Shown here: piece after piece, positions 40,128 through 50,841 of the stretch
Layout of the letters: each line of letters starts with the position of its first letter
Numbering within the stretch: position 1 is the stretch's first letter
Source: Longimicrobiales bacterium
Lineage (GTDB): Bacteria; Gemmatimonadota; Gemmatimonadetes; Longimicrobiales; Gaopeijiaceae
DNA: 64,000 nucleotides
Direction: 5' to 3'
Assembly (NCBI GenBank): GCA_965202985.1
Contig: CBDBCF010000001.1
Span: forward strand, 384,001-448,000
Notes under the pieces: model-generated
The model's input: the letters and a program-made list of their open reading frames with translations, nothing else
Databases searched by the model: none
What the model was told of the DNA's origin: nothing
Made by a program: the position numbers and the translations under genes

Positions 40128-42621
40128 AAATCCTTCAGCTTCAAGACACTTCTGGACTTCGTTTTCCACGTACTGTCCGAGCCTTTGATTTCGCCTTACC
40201 GTCTTTCGCCTGGCCGCCTGCTCCTCCAGCACCTCCACCGCCTCTTCCAGACGTTCCGCAGCGCCTCCAGCCAGTGCGAGAATCTTTCCTATACACTCTT
40301 CCAACCGCCTCGACTCTCCGGGATACCACTCTTTCATAACATCATTTGGTGCAATTCCAAGAGCCTTCAATAGCCGGTGAGTCCCCGATCCCGAATCACG
40401 CAGAGCATCCCAGATACCATCGGCACTCGCGCCATCTCCGCGCAACAACTTGGCTATGTTCCGTTCATCCGCCTTCCCTGTACTGTCCTTGCCCTTTGGA
40501 ATCCACCTGTTGTTACGTACCGGCTCCAACCAACTGGCCACCACATACCTATGGCGTGTTCCACACTCGCAGCGTGCCGATTGCTCGAGCACACAATTCT
40601 TCTCTGATACTACGTATTCCGCCAAAAAACGCCACAGCATATACGCCAACCGCGGGCTCTTGCGAACCCGATTCATGATTCCTATGTCACTGGTTTGCAT
40701 ATACGCAATTTTCGTAACGCTCATCTCGTCTTCGGATTCGTGATCACGATCCTCGTCCCTCGGCTCATCGTGATGCAATGTATTGGTCTTCCGGTTGCAA
40801 TGAATCAATAGTTCACTTAGTACGAGCCCTCTCTGTCCAGTACACTCCATGCACTCGCGTCAGGCACAACGGTATAGAACCTTTCCGCCAATATACGTCG
40901 TTTCGGAAACAGATCACTAAACGTACGCGCAGTTGGTTCCCATGCACCCAAAGGAGCCAGTGGAGGATCGCTTCCGCCCAGTTCAATCGTTTCCGCAGAG
41001 TCTCCTTGGGAGTAAACCACAAAGTTTTTCAGTTTGTGCCCATTCTTGCTGCGCCACGAGATAAGAAAAAAGACTGGCACTTGCTTCCTGAAACACTTGG
41101 TCATTCGCCTTCGACATTACTCTCGCGATGAGCCCTGTCAGTACATCCTCTGTGCCTCGATCTCCCTTCCCAGGCTTTTCGTCCAAGGATTTCATGCCTT
41201 GATCACGAAGTTCAAGATCCCAACTCAAGATCCGTGCAATCTTCTTAAGATCATTGTCGATTCCCGTATCCCTGTAGAGTTTGTCCAGTCTACATAAGAT
41301 GCCTTCTTGACTCGGAACTATACAATGCTGCTCACTGTCCTCCCCCATTCCAACCGATTTAAGAAAACCGTGGCATCGACTAATCCATGTCACCGTATTT
41401 TCGCTGCCGTCACCGAGCGCCTTTCTCAGTTGCTCAACAGTCCCAGGACTGTCTTCTGTCACACCAGACTTTTCTGCAATGCATCGGATGAGCGCACGCC
41501 CATCGTATACTTCGTCAAGGTCGGACTTGTGAAATCTAAGCCAACTCCTCAAAGCTTTGGCCCAACCGGCGGCTTCTTCCTGACATACCAGCCTCTCTCT
41601 ATAGTCGATTACTTGTTGGAACAGTTGCCAGAGTTCAGTGACATCACCATTGTCCGTAAACGGCACTGCCGCATCGACACTAGGTACGATTTTGCCAGTG
41701 CAGGTGCGAAGAAGTCGCGTATTGCGAATCCGCGAAATCAAATCCAACAAACAGCGAGTAAGCCACTCATTGTCGAACCATTCTCTTTCCCGAAGAGTAG
41801 GGATCGTAGATAGTATATGGGCGTCCCCTATGTCCTGGGACGACACGCATTTGAGCAAATCGACAAGCAACTCGCAGGCTATGTGAATGAGATTTCGGTT
41901 GGGGAGATCAGGGTCCTTAAAGAAAACGCCGTCGCGTTCGGGGGTCGCCTTGAACAAGCGACTATTGATTACGGCTGGAAAGCTGAAATCCTCGGTGCCA
42001 ACCAACGGAAATCCGACGAATATCCTGGGGACAGGGCCAAGCGGGACGGCTCGAGTGGACGCGATCGGAACAGCCACCATGACATCTGCACGTTCGGCGA
42101 GGAAGTAGCATCGCTCGACCTCCTTGTCGTTCGCTTTTTCGGCTACGGTCACTTGAGTTACACGGTCACAGGATGAAACCGAATCTCGACTCGTCGCCGT
42201 GTAGTCGGTTTGGCCCTCTGGAGTGCTTACGCGAATCCTGCAAAAGTCCTTATTGAAAGCCAGGACGTACGGTGCACAATGTCGCAACTGCGCAATTCCA
42301 GCGGCAACAGTCTTTTCGGCATCAGGCGACATTGGATACTTGAATCGTGTGACTGCGTCTCCTGAAGCTGGGCGTAGGGATGTCTTGAAGTCCTCAAATG
42401 CTTTCTGCATCGCGATAGTCATGTCATCGACTGAAGTCAGAGAACGCTCAAGAAGAAAGCAAAATCCTCTGCCATCCTTCAGATGGCCAGAGACCTCTAT
42501 CTTGGATGAGAGCAAATGTGTCGTGAGGAAGCCGCTACCGTACTGACCGATCGTGTCATCGCTCTCCACTTTTGTGGAGCCATGGTAGATGAGATGAAAT
42601 ACTTCCTTAGAATCGAAACTC

Positions 42622-44015
42622 GGCTCTTCGCTTAACCTAGTGGGTTCGCGGTTGGGCAGGGTGCTGAGCATCGCTTGTCGAGGAAGGCGGGACGAGGGGT
42701 CTATGGGGTCACCGGCGGGCGGTGCGGGGCGAGAGGTCGAGGCCGCCGAGGTGGAAGAGGATGGCGGTGACGAAGCGGTCGTAGTTGCGGAAGCCGCGGC
42801 TGCGGGCCTTGACCATCTGGATCCTGCTGTTGATGCTCTCGGCCGGGCCGTTGGTCGCTCGCAGCACGACGGCGTTGAGTATGCCCCACAGGTGGGCGCC
42901 GACCATCTCGGCGACCTTGTGAACGGGCGCGAGCCCGCAGCCCGACGCCCATTGCAGCCAGTGCAGCCAGGCGTTCTCGGCCGAGCCCCGGAGCTTGTAG
43001 TCCCACAGCTTCGATGCCGCCTCCTTCACCGCCCAGGCGCGGGCGGTCCGGTCCACGTTCTTGCGCAGCGCCGCGAACGCCAGCTTCTCGGCGTGACTCA
43101 TCTTGCCGCGTCCAGTCAGCCACCGGTAGCGCGTCCTCGCGAGCACGGCGCTGCCCTGCGCCAGCAGCTCGCGGTGCTCGGCGCGCCGCACCTTGTCCAC
43201 CGCGTCCGCCAGGTGCTTGGCCACGTGGAAGCGGTCGAACGCCGTCTTCAGCTCCGCGCCCGGCACCCACTCCCCCGTCGCCGCCACGTAGGGACCCCAC
43301 ATGTCCATCGACACGCTCTCCAACCCGGCCAGCCAGCCGCCGTCCCTGCTCCGGTAGAACTGCGCCAGCGACTCTCGGGTCCGACCCTTCGCCACGTGCA
43401 GCACGCGCCCCGTGTCCGTGTCCGACACGATCGTCGCGTACCGGTGTCCGCGCTTGACCGACGTCTCGTCCACCGCCAGCCGCCGGACCGGCTCCGCCTT
43501 CCGGCGCTCGAGCCCCCGGCGCACCGCCCGCTCCATGATGCCGCTCACAGCGTTCCAGCTCATCCTCATGCGCTTCGACACCCCCAGGATGCTGGCCTCG
43601 CCGAGCCACGCCGTCACCTCCTCCTCGAACGCCGCCGTGTACCTCGACTTGTCCGCCGCCCAGGGCATCGATGCCGTCCGCACCCCGTGCTCCGGACACT
43701 CGACCCGAGGCAGGTCGCAGACCACGAACGTCTTGTAGCCCCAAGCGTCCAGGTGCCGCCACTCCCGCTCCCGAGCGTCGTATCCCGGACACGGCCGGCC
43801 GCACTCGGGACACGTCAACGGCTCGCCCGTCCGCCTCGCCACGCGCACCCGCGCCTCCATCAGCACCGGGTCCTCCTCGACCCCCTTCACCTCCCAGCCC
43901 GGCCCCAACGCCATCAAGCTCTCCACCCACTTCCGCATCTCCATCCTCGCCTCCTCGGTTCATGGTCCATGTCGCCCCTTGATCCTACACAGCCCACACC
44001 ATATGGGGAAGCGCC
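42622..44015 (-). mobile_element. ISL3-family element, copy B (inverted, near-identical to A)
   Basis: Same ends as A; flanks CGAAACTC / CGAAACTT (7/8 target duplication). Confidence 0.93.
42709..43944 (-). CDS. ISL3 transposase (same protein as copy A)
   Basis: 411-aa translation matches 38805-40040. Confidence 0.94.
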   Translation of the reverse strand: MEMRKWVESLMALGPGWEVKGVEEDPVLMEARVRVARRTGEPLTCPECGRPCPGYDAREREWRHLDAWGYKTFVVCDLPRVECPEHGVRTASMPWAADKSRYTAAFEEEVTAWLGEASILGVSKRMRMSWNAVSGIMERAVRRGLERRKAEPVRRLAVDETSVKRGHRYATIVSDTDTGRVLHVAKGRTRESLAQFYRSRDGGWLAGLESVSMDMWGPYVAATGEWVPGAELKTAFDRFHVAKHLADAVDKVRRAEHRELLAQGSAVLARTRYRWLTGRGKMSHAEKLAFAALRKNVDRTARAWAVKEAASKLWDYKLRGSAENAWLHWLQWASGCGLAPVHKVAEMVGAHLWGILNAVVLRATNGPAESINSRIQMVKARSRGFRNYDRFVTAILFHLGGLDLSPRTARR

Positions 44016-44339
44016 CGAAACTTCCGCCATCGTGCTCGAATACCACACTGTCAGCCGACTGCTTGACAGAGACAGTCAGCTGACCCTGCGAGTCTCGAGC
44101 AGCATCCCTCGCATTCTGCACTAATTCCCATATCCAGCGACTGGTGTCGGGCTGGCCACTTCTGAGCCTCGTAAGGTTGTTGAGAATACTCTGGGCCGTA
44201 TTGTCGGCGAGGACCTGGGTTCTCTGTTCGTCAAAATCGGAATCGTGTCGGTATCTCTTGGTCATGTCGGGTATCGCCGCATACATACCTCGTGCCGTAC
44301 TGCGGGTAACACGGTGTCGGGCCGCGTGCGTTGTCCGCC

Positions 44340-44486
44340 AAGTCGTCGGTATGGTGACCACCGGATTCGTGGTGGCTTTCGAGGGTTGGTACAACCCAGC
44401 CTCAAGCACCGCAGCGTAACCTCCGTGTAGTGACGGGAATTGCTGGCCTCAAGCAGCACCTTGTACGCCACATCAATTACCGTCAC
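44340..44486 (-). pseudogene. Frameshifted HARE-HTH-like (restriction-associated winged helix) fragment
   Basis: 'MTVIDVAYKVLLEASNSRHYTEVT' continues in another frame as 'VLEAGLYQPSKATTNPVVTI'. Confidence 0.5.
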
Positions 44487-44489
44487 AAT

Positions 44490-46502
44490 TCAGCAGCTCA
44501 CGCACCTGTGATTGTTCTTCGCGCCCAACCGTTCCAGCAGGGCGATCGTGGCCGGGAAGGGCTGGATCCTTTGCACCGGGCCGTTCGCCATGTCGACGGT
44601 GGTCTGGCCGCTCCGAGCAACGGCGGTCGGGTCGGCGCCCTTCTCGACCAAGTATAGGATCATCTCGTTGTCGCCGCGGGCGGCGGCGTGATGCACGGGA
44701 GTGTAGCCGTTGTGGTCGCGGGCGTTCACGTCGGCGCCAAGTTCCTCGACCAGGAAGCGGACGGCGGGCATCCAGCCGTCGGGGACGTGGCGGTGGGAGT
44801 TCCCAGCGAACCCTTGCCCGTACCCGACCCCGGCAGCGGCGTGGATGGGGTAGACGGCCGGCCCGCCGACGGGGACCGGCGGGAGCCCGGAGTAGTCGGT
44901 GTCGTCGCGGGGGCCGAACCGTCGTTGAGGCACCTTGATCGTCGGCAGGGTCGGGTCGGCCCCGTACTCCAGCAGGAGCTTCATGGCCGGCACGTCGGTG
45001 GCGTGGGCGGCGCGCCAAAACGGGGTTGCGCCGGTGCGATCCACGCCCAGGAGGTCGCGGTTGTAGGTCGTGTACCAGAGCGTCCGACTCAACCGGGCGT
45101 CCACATCGGCGCCGGCGTCCAGCAGCTCCCGCATCAGGTCCAGGTACCCGATCTCCTGTTGCTGGTAGACGAGGGGCTGGGGATGCCGGGCCTTGGGTGC
45201 CCAGTGCATGTTCAACACCGCGTAGAGGGGCGTGGCGCCGGCGTCGCTTGCCAAGTTGGGATCGGCCCCGCGGCGCAACAACGCAGCCGCAAGGTCGAAG
45301 TAGCCGTTGATCGCGGCGACCAGCATGGGAGTGGCGCCGTCGGCGGCGCTGGGGAAGTCGATCGGCACGCCGCCCTCCAACAGCGCGAACACCGTCTCCG
45401 CATAGCCCTCGCGCGCCGCCAGGTGAACGGCCGACAAGCCGCCGTGGGTCGCCACCAACCCGGCGAAGTTGAGCGGCACCGGTTCGCCCGTCCGCTGCCG
45501 AATCTCCAACGCCTCCTGGGCGGCTTCGCGAGCTTGGGCCTGTCGGGCCTGGGCATCCTGGGCGGGCGCCTCCCGAGCCGGGGCCGCTTGACGCTGTGCC
45601 TTGTGGGCCTGGACCTCCTGGGCTCTAGCCTCCCGGACGGGCGCACCTGCCGGGGACTTGTCGCCCTCCGCCCGCTCGTCGGACGCGACCTCCGTCGTGC
45701 CCATGGCGCGCGCCCGCGTCGCCGCGACCTCCGTCCGTCGCCGGCGCTCCGACGCCCGATCCGCAATGTCCCGGTCCACCAAGTCCAAGACCCTGGCCGT
45801 GACCAGCGGGTCGGCGCTGGCCGCCAGCAGAGCCTTCACCGCCTCCGTCCGCCCCCGGGCCGCCGCGAAGTGCAACGGCGTCTGGCCCCACTCGGGCTCT
45901 TGGATGTCTACGGCCGCGCCATGGTCCAACAGCACCGACACGGACGGCAAGTCGCCCGAGGCCGCCGCGAAGTGCAGCGGAACCGCACCGGTCGTCGTGA
46001 GGGGCGAAACGTCCGCACCTGCCTCCAGCAGCAACGCGACGACCTCTCCGTGGCCCTCCTTGGCTGCCACGTGAAGCGGTCGGTGGGCACCCAGCCGCGT
46101 CCGCGTCTCCAGCGCCGCGCCCGAAGCGACCAGCAAGCCCGCGACCTCGGCGTCGCCGTTGAACGCGGCCCAGTGGAGGCCGGTCATGCCATCCCCGTGG
46201 GCGGCGTTCGGGTCCGCGCCCTCGGTCAGGAGTGCCCGCACGGCCATTGCATCGCCCCGCCGAGCAGCGTCGGCAACCGGCACATCAGCAGGCGCAACCT
46301 GATGATCGGTAGGCGCAACTTGCTGGTCTGCAGAAGCAACTTGCTGGTGCTGCGCACAGGCCCCGACAGGATCCGCTGCCCAGGCCAGCACCGACAACGT
46401 CGCGGACGCCCAAACCCCTGCCGGCGACACCATGCTCCAGCCGCGTCGCGTCGGCACGCTCAGGCGCGCTCCCGCCGGACGACGCCAAGTCCTCCACGTC
46501 AT
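44490..46502 (-). CDS. Secreted ankyrin-repeat protein, copy 1
   Basis: Many 'GxTPLHxAA..G..LL..GAD.N' repeats; ends 'NNHRCVSC'. Start 46502 or 46433. Confidence 0.9.
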   Translation of the reverse strand: MTWRTWRRPAGARLSVPTRRGWSMVSPAGVWASATLSVLAWAADPVGACAQHQQVASADQQVAPTDHQVAPADVPVADAARRGDAMAVRALLTEGADPNAAHGDGMTGLHWAAFNGDAEVAGLLVASGAALETRTRLGAHRPLHVAAKEGHGEVVALLLEAGADVSPLTTTGAVPLHFAAASGDLPSVSVLLDHGAAVDIQEPEWGQTPLHFAAARGRTEAVKALLAASADPLVTARVLDLVDRDIADRASERRRRTEVAATRARAMGTTEVASDERAEGDKSPAGAPVREARAQEVQAHKAQRQAAPAREAPAQDAQARQAQAREAAQEALEIRQRTGEPVPLNFAGLVATHGGLSAVHLAAREGYAETVFALLEGGVPIDFPSAADGATPMLVAAINGYFDLAAALLRRGADPNLASDAGATPLYAVLNMHWAPKARHPQPLVYQQQEIGYLDLMRELLDAGADVDARLSRTLWYTTYNRDLLGVDRTGATPFWRAAHATDVPAMKLLLEYGADPTLPTIKVPQRRFGPRDDTDYSGLPPVPVGGPAVYPIHAAAGVGYGQGFAGNSHRHVPDGWMPAVRFLVEELGADVNARDHNGYTPVHHAAARGDNEMILYLVEKGADPTAVARSGQTTVDMANGPVQRIQPFPATIALLERLGAKNNHRCVSC

Positions 46503-46512
46503 GGTCGCCGCC

Positions 46513-47907
46513 CTACCCCGACAACGCGAAGGCGTCCGTGCTGTCGCCGAAGCTCTCCACATCGTCCATCCCCAGCTTGTGCATGAGGCTGACCATGACG
46601 TTCGCCATCGGCGTTCCGGGGTCGGCCCGCAGGTGCAGATCGCCGTCCATGCGCCCGTTGGCGCCGCCCACCACGAAGAGCGGGCAGCGCTTGTGGTTGT
46701 GCACGTTGGAGTCACCCATGGGAGAGCCGTAGACGACCATCGCCTTGTCGAGCAGGGTGCCGTCGCCCTCTTGGATGCGGCTCAGCCGGTCAAGCAGGTA
46801 CGGGACCAACCCGACGTGGTAGCGATTGATCTCGGCGAACTCCAACACGTTGGCCGGGGTCCCGCCGTGGTGCGACGACGGATGGAAGCCCTTCTCCACG
46901 CCGCTCTCGGGGTACACGCGGCTGGATGCGTCGCGGCCCATCTTGAAGGAGAAGACCCGCGTCACGTCCGCCTCGAACGCCAGCGCCTGAAGGTCGAACA
47001 TGAGCTTGACGTGCTCGTCGAAAGAATCCGGCACGCCGGCCGGGGCCTCGGGCAGCTCCCGCTCGACGCCGCTCGCGCTGCGCTCGACGACGCGCTGAAT
47101 CCGTCGCTCGATCTCGCGTACGTTCTCCAAGTAGCGGTCCATGCGACGGGCGTCCTCGGGGTCGAGCCGTCGTTTGAGCAAGCCGACCTCGCCAAGCACG
47201 TAGTCCAAGACGCTGCGACCGGCCCTGCGCCTCGCCAAGCGCGCCTCCGGCGTGCCGCCCGCCCCGAAGAGCTGGTCGAAGGCGACTCTGGGATCGCGAA
47301 CCATCGGCAGGGGCTCGTCCGGGGCGGCCCACGAGATCGTGTCCGTGTACACGCACGCGTAGCCGTAGGCGCATCCGCCGGCTTGGTCCACGTTCTCGAT
47401 GCACAGCTGCATCGACGGCACCGGCGTGTCCTGTCCGAAGCGCTGCGCGTACAGCTGGTCCAGCGACGTGCCCGCCAGTACGTCCGAACTCTCGGTCTGC
47501 TTGGGATGCGCCTGGGTGAGGAAGGTGGCGCTGGACCGGAAGTGGTCGCCGCCGATCTCCTTGGGCTTGGTGGCCTCGGCGGCGCGCACGTCGGTGTCGC
47601 TCACAACGGTCAGGTAATCCCGGTAGGGCTCCAGCGACTTGAGCACGCTCGGCCCGAAGTCGAAGCCCCGTCCCGTTTCCGGGGGCGACCAAAGGTGCTG
47701 CTCGGCACCCCAGGCGTTGCTGCCCGCCGCCCCGTGGACCATTTCTATCGCGATCAGGCGGGTCTTGTCCATGGCCGTGCGGGACTTGGTGGCGGCCCAG
47801 GCCTCCCGCGCCGGCGCCATCGCGTTCAGGAAGGGAAGCGCAATCGACGCGCCCGCGCCCCGCAAGAAGGTTCGGCGGGGCAGGTGTCTGCCGGTCAGCA
47901 AGTTCAT
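46513..47907 (-). CDS. DUF1552-domain protein with twin-arginine signal, copy 1
   Basis: 'PRRTFLRGAGASIALPFL.AM', 'GGCAYGYACVY', 'HPSSHH', 'GSPMGD.N.HNH'. ATGA-coupled to the upstream gene. Confidence 0.88.
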   Translation of the reverse strand: MNLLTGRHLPRRTFLRGAGASIALPFLNAMAPAREAWAATKSRTAMDKTRLIAIEMVHGAAGSNAWGAEQHLWSPPETGRGFDFGPSVLKSLEPYRDYLTVVSDTDVRAAEATKPKEIGGDHFRSSATFLTQAHPKQTESSDVLAGTSLDQLYAQRFGQDTPVPSMQLCIENVDQAGGCAYGYACVYTDTISWAAPDEPLPMVRDPRVAFDQLFGAGGTPEARLARRRAGRSVLDYVLGEVGLLKRRLDPEDARRMDRYLENVREIERRIQRVVERSASGVERELPEAPAGVPDSFDEHVKLMFDLQALAFEADVTRVFSFKMGRDASSRVYPESGVEKGFHPSSHHGGTPANVLEFAEINRYHVGLVPYLLDRLSRIQEGDGTLLDKAMVVYGSPMGDSNVHNHKRCPLFVVGGANGRMDGDLHLRADPGTPMANVMVSLMHKLGMDDVESFGDSTDAFALSG

Positions 47908-50534
47908 CGGTGCGCTCCTTCGGCGTCGCGGTCGGCCGGTTCGGCGTTGGCGCTGGACGCGGCCTTCATTCGGAAGGCGTCGCTGCTCGCCACGCCCAGG
48001 ACGAAGGCGGAGAGTCGGTAGCCCTCGGCCTTGGCGGAACGGGCGATGCGCCTTGCCGTCGGCATGTCGTAGTGCTCCAGACGCCGTCCGAGAGCGTAGG
48101 CCATGAGGTTCTCGGTGAAGGTGCGGATCAACGGCTCCGGCCGCTTGAGCAAAGCTGCGCGCAGGTCGGTCGGCGACGCAAGCGGCGTGCCGTCGTAGAG
48201 TTCGCCGGCGGCGTCCACGGGCACGCCCTGGTCCTTGATCCGCCAAGCTCCCGCGACATCGAAGTTCTCCAGCGCCAGGCCGATCGGGTCGATCATCCGG
48301 TGGCACGAGCTGCACGCCGGACTGGCCCTGTGCATCTCCATCCGCTCCCGAACCGTGAGGAAGCGGCCGTCCTCCACGGCCTCCTCTTCCAGCTCGGGCA
48401 CGTCGGGAGGCGGGGGCGGAGGAGGCGTCCCCAGCAGCACTTCCATGACCCACTTGCCCCGCAGCACGGGCGACGTGCGACCCGCATGGGACGTGAGCGT
48501 GAGCACGCTCCCGTGGCCGAGAACGCCCCGGCGCTCTGGATTCGCGTACTTCACCTTGCGGAAGCGACTGCCCGCCACGCCCGGAATGCCGTAGTGCCTG
48601 GCCAAGCGCTCGTCGACGAAGGTGTAGTCCGCCGTGTACAGCTCCAGCAGCGGTCGGTCGTTCTGCACCAAGTGATCGAAGAAGAGCTCGGTCTCCTTGT
48701 GCATCGAGCGCTTGAGCTGCTGGTCGAAGTCGGGCGCCACCCGCACGTCGGGCTGAATCTTCTCCAGGTCCTGAAGGCGCAGCCACTGGGCGGCGAACCG
48801 GGTCGCGAGCGCAGAGGCCCGCTCGTCCCGAAGCATCCGCATCACTTGCGCCTGCAACGACGCTGGGTCGGTAAGGCGGCCCTCGCGGGCTGCCGTCATC
48901 AGCTCCGCGTCGGGTCCGGTCCCCCACAAGAAGAACGACAGCCTAGCGGCCAAGTCCACGTCGCTTATCGGGTAGGCATCCAAGGCACCTCCGGCACCGT
49001 TTCCGCCGGAAGGGAACTCGCCCGGCCCCTCCGCCGCGCCCGGCTCTTCAAAGCGGAAGACGAAGTGGGGACTTGCCAGAATCCCCTCCAGCGCCGTCCG
49101 CACACCGGCTTCGAAGCCTCCGTCCAGATGCGTCGCGGCCGATTGGACTCCGGCGGCGGGCGCGTCATTGCTGGCCGTACCGTCACCAGCCGGGTCGGCG
49201 CCGGCGTCGTACAAGCGCATCAGGACGTCCACCTCCGCCCCGTCCAGGAAGCGTCGGTACGCCTGGGTCGCCAGTCGCTCGATGATTGTCCGCGCGCACG
49301 GCCGCGCCTCCGCGGCCGACCGGGGACTGCACGAAAACACCTTGGCCCGGCTGGGCGTCTCCGACATGCCCGACGGTTCGTACGGCCCGCCGATCGCCAG
49401 GTCGCGCAGGTGCGGCAACGCCGTGAAGCCGTAGGACCCGGCGATGCTCGTGCTGGCCAGCGACCAGTCGTGGGGCGAGATCAAGTCCTGCACCGGCCCC
49501 TCCGTCCGACGGACGAACGCGGCCGCGACTTGGCGCGGTCCGGCCCGCACGTGCACCCTTTCGGTGCGGATGTTCACGCCGTCCGGGTCCGACGTGTGCA
49601 TCCAGCGGTCGATTTCCAGCAGCGCGACGGGCTCTCCGTCCACCGAGACTTCGAGCAGCTCCGGGTTGTCGTCGTCCGTGTGCAGGGCGTTGCGACCATT
49701 GCCGTAGAGCGCACCGGTGGTCTCGTGGTGGAAGGAGACGCGGAAGACGTACTCGCCGTCGGCCGGGAAGTTGTGCACGACGGCGACTCCGCCCCGCGTG
49801 CCGTAGGGCGCGCCCTCCACCCGCTCCGTCTGCGAATCCCAGCGGGACACTCGGTACGTGGCCTCGCTGGCGGTGACGTGAGGGTCGCCCAAGGCTACGC
49901 GGCTCACCTCGGCGGCGGCGCGCAAGTACCCATCCGCCAAAGTGGCGGAAAGGAGCTGCACGTCGGCAATGTTGTCGAAGTTGGCGCTCTTGGTGTCCAG
50001 CGGCAGGTACTTGCCCGCGTCGATCTCTAGATCGAGCAGGTCGCGCACCGAAGCGGCGTATTCGGCGCGGTTGAGGCGCTGGAAGGTCCGCCTGCCGGGG
50101 TTCGGACTCTCCTCGGCCGCCCGGTCCAGCTGCTCCTCCAGAGAAACTGCCAGTCCCGTCAGGACGTCTTCGTCCGGCCGGCGGGCGCCCGGCGGCGGCA
50201 TCATCCCCGCCCGAAGCTTGCGGATCATGCGCTCGGCCAACTCGGCGCTGGCCGTAGCGTCGGCGGCGTCAAAGCGCTCCAGCGACATGCCGCCCAGCAG
50301 CCGTCGGTCGTTGTGACACCGCACGCAGTACTGCCGGACGACCTCGTTGTCGGCAGGCGCAGTTCGAGGGGACGCCGCAGCCCGGTCGGGTGCACCCGGG
50401 CCGCCGAAGTTCTGGCCCGGACCCGGGTGGGCGAGTGCACCAACGGCCAGGCCAGCTCCTACCATCGCGACGGCAAGCTTGCTCATGGCATCCATCGGTG
50501 CCCGTCTAGCCAGAACGAAGGGTCTGCTGAACAT
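47904..50534 (-). CDS. DUF1592/1588/1587/1585/1595 protein with two CxxCH haem motifs, copy 1
   Basis: 'CVRCH', 'GMMPP', 'RLNRAEY', 'LAARLSFFLW', 'TSPVLRGKW', 'CSSCH..IDPIGLALENFD'. Confidence 0.9.
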   Translation of the reverse strand: MFSRPFVLARRAPMDAMSKLAVAMVGAGLAVGALAHPGPGQNFGGPGAPDRAAASPRTAPADNEVVRQYCVRCHNDRRLLGGMSLERFDAADATASAELAERMIRKLRAGMMPPPGARRPDEDVLTGLAVSLEEQLDRAAEESPNPGRRTFQRLNRAEYAASVRDLLDLEIDAGKYLPLDTKSANFDNIADVQLLSATLADGYLRAAAEVSRVALGDPHVTASEATYRVSRWDSQTERVEGAPYGTRGGVAVVHNFPADGEYVFRVSFHHETTGALYGNGRNALHTDDDNPELLEVSVDGEPVALLEIDRWMHTSDPDGVNIRTERVHVRAGPRQVAAAFVRRTEGPVQDLISPHDWSLASTSIAGSYGFTALPHLRDLAIGGPYEPSGMSETPSRAKVFSCSPRSAAEARPCARTIIERLATQAYRRFLDGAEVDVLMRLYDAGADPAGDGTASNDAPAAGVQSAATHLDGGFEAGVRTALEGILASPHFVFRFEEPGAAEGPGEFPSGGNGAGGALDAYPISDVDLAARLSFFLWGTGPDAELMTAAREGRLTDPASLQAQVMRMLRDERASALATRFAAQWLRLQDLEKIQPDVRVAPDFDQQLKRSMHKETELFFDHLVQNDRPLLELYTADYTFVDERLARHYGIPGVAGSRFRKVKYANPERRGVLGHGSVLTLTSHAGRTSPVLRGKWVMEVLLGTPPPPPPPDVPELEEEAVEDGRFLTVRERMEMHRASPACSSCHRMIDPIGLALENFDVAGAWRIKDQGVPVDAAGELYDGTPLASPTDLRAALLKRPEPLIRTFTENLMAYALGRRLEHYDMPTARRIARSAKAEGYRLSAFVLGVASSDAFRMKAASSANAEPADRDAEGAHR

Positions 50535-50627
50535 CGTTTCGCGGCTGCCCTGGTCCCCGTGGTCGCGTCGTGGTGCACAGGTGCGGACGCGCTCCGCCGA
50601 GGGAAGGGCGACGACGCGCCATGCGAG

Positions 50628-50655
50628 AAGGTATCCCGGCCGGCGTGCGAGTCAA
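50628..50655 (-). promoter_or_regulatory. Putative sigma70 promoter of DUF1592 operon 1
   Basis: TTGACT-16 bp-TACCTT. Confidence 0.5.
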
Positions 50656-50678
50656 GGGCCGCGAGTCGCCAGCCATCC

Positions 50679-50808
50679 TGGGCGGAACGGTCCATGCGGG
50701 ACGGCCGCCTTGCCGGGTGTGCGACGAACAGTGCTGCGCGACGGCGCGGACCGCGTCCGTTCAGAGCAGGCCGACAGAATGCGACTACCGCATCAACAGT
50801 CTGTCATC
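50679..50808. repeat. ~130-bp imperfect direct repeat, copy downstream of rpn
   Basis: Shares TGGGCGGAACGGTCCATGCGGG and TGCGACTACCGCATCAACAGTC with 51887-52020. Confidence 0.85.
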
Positions 50809-50841
50809 GCACAGGGGCCGTAAGAGGAGGCCGGGGCAAGG

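Larger units (their letters stand above)
40128..44265 (-). pseudogene. Sacsin/NOV-like GHKL ATPase gene: split by ISL3 copy B, two frameshifts, 3' end cut by ISL3 copy A
   Basis: Rejoined reading 'WIWELVQNARDA..FEHDGGSF|DSKEV..GSTK..GQYGSGFLTTH'. Shifts at ~41040 (+1) and ~40828 (-1). Ends 'NQRLGQYVENEV..LEAEGF'. Visibly lower GC than flanks. Confidence 0.82.

Noticed and set aside
38734..44015. Composite transposon formed by the two ISL3 copies
   Set aside because: Copy B has its own target duplication, the outer flanks do not match, and the host gene continues across B.
46280..46350. Short QQVA-type 21-bp tandem repeats in ankyrin copy 1
   Set aside because: In-frame low-complexity linker after the signal peptide; no evidence of a switch function.
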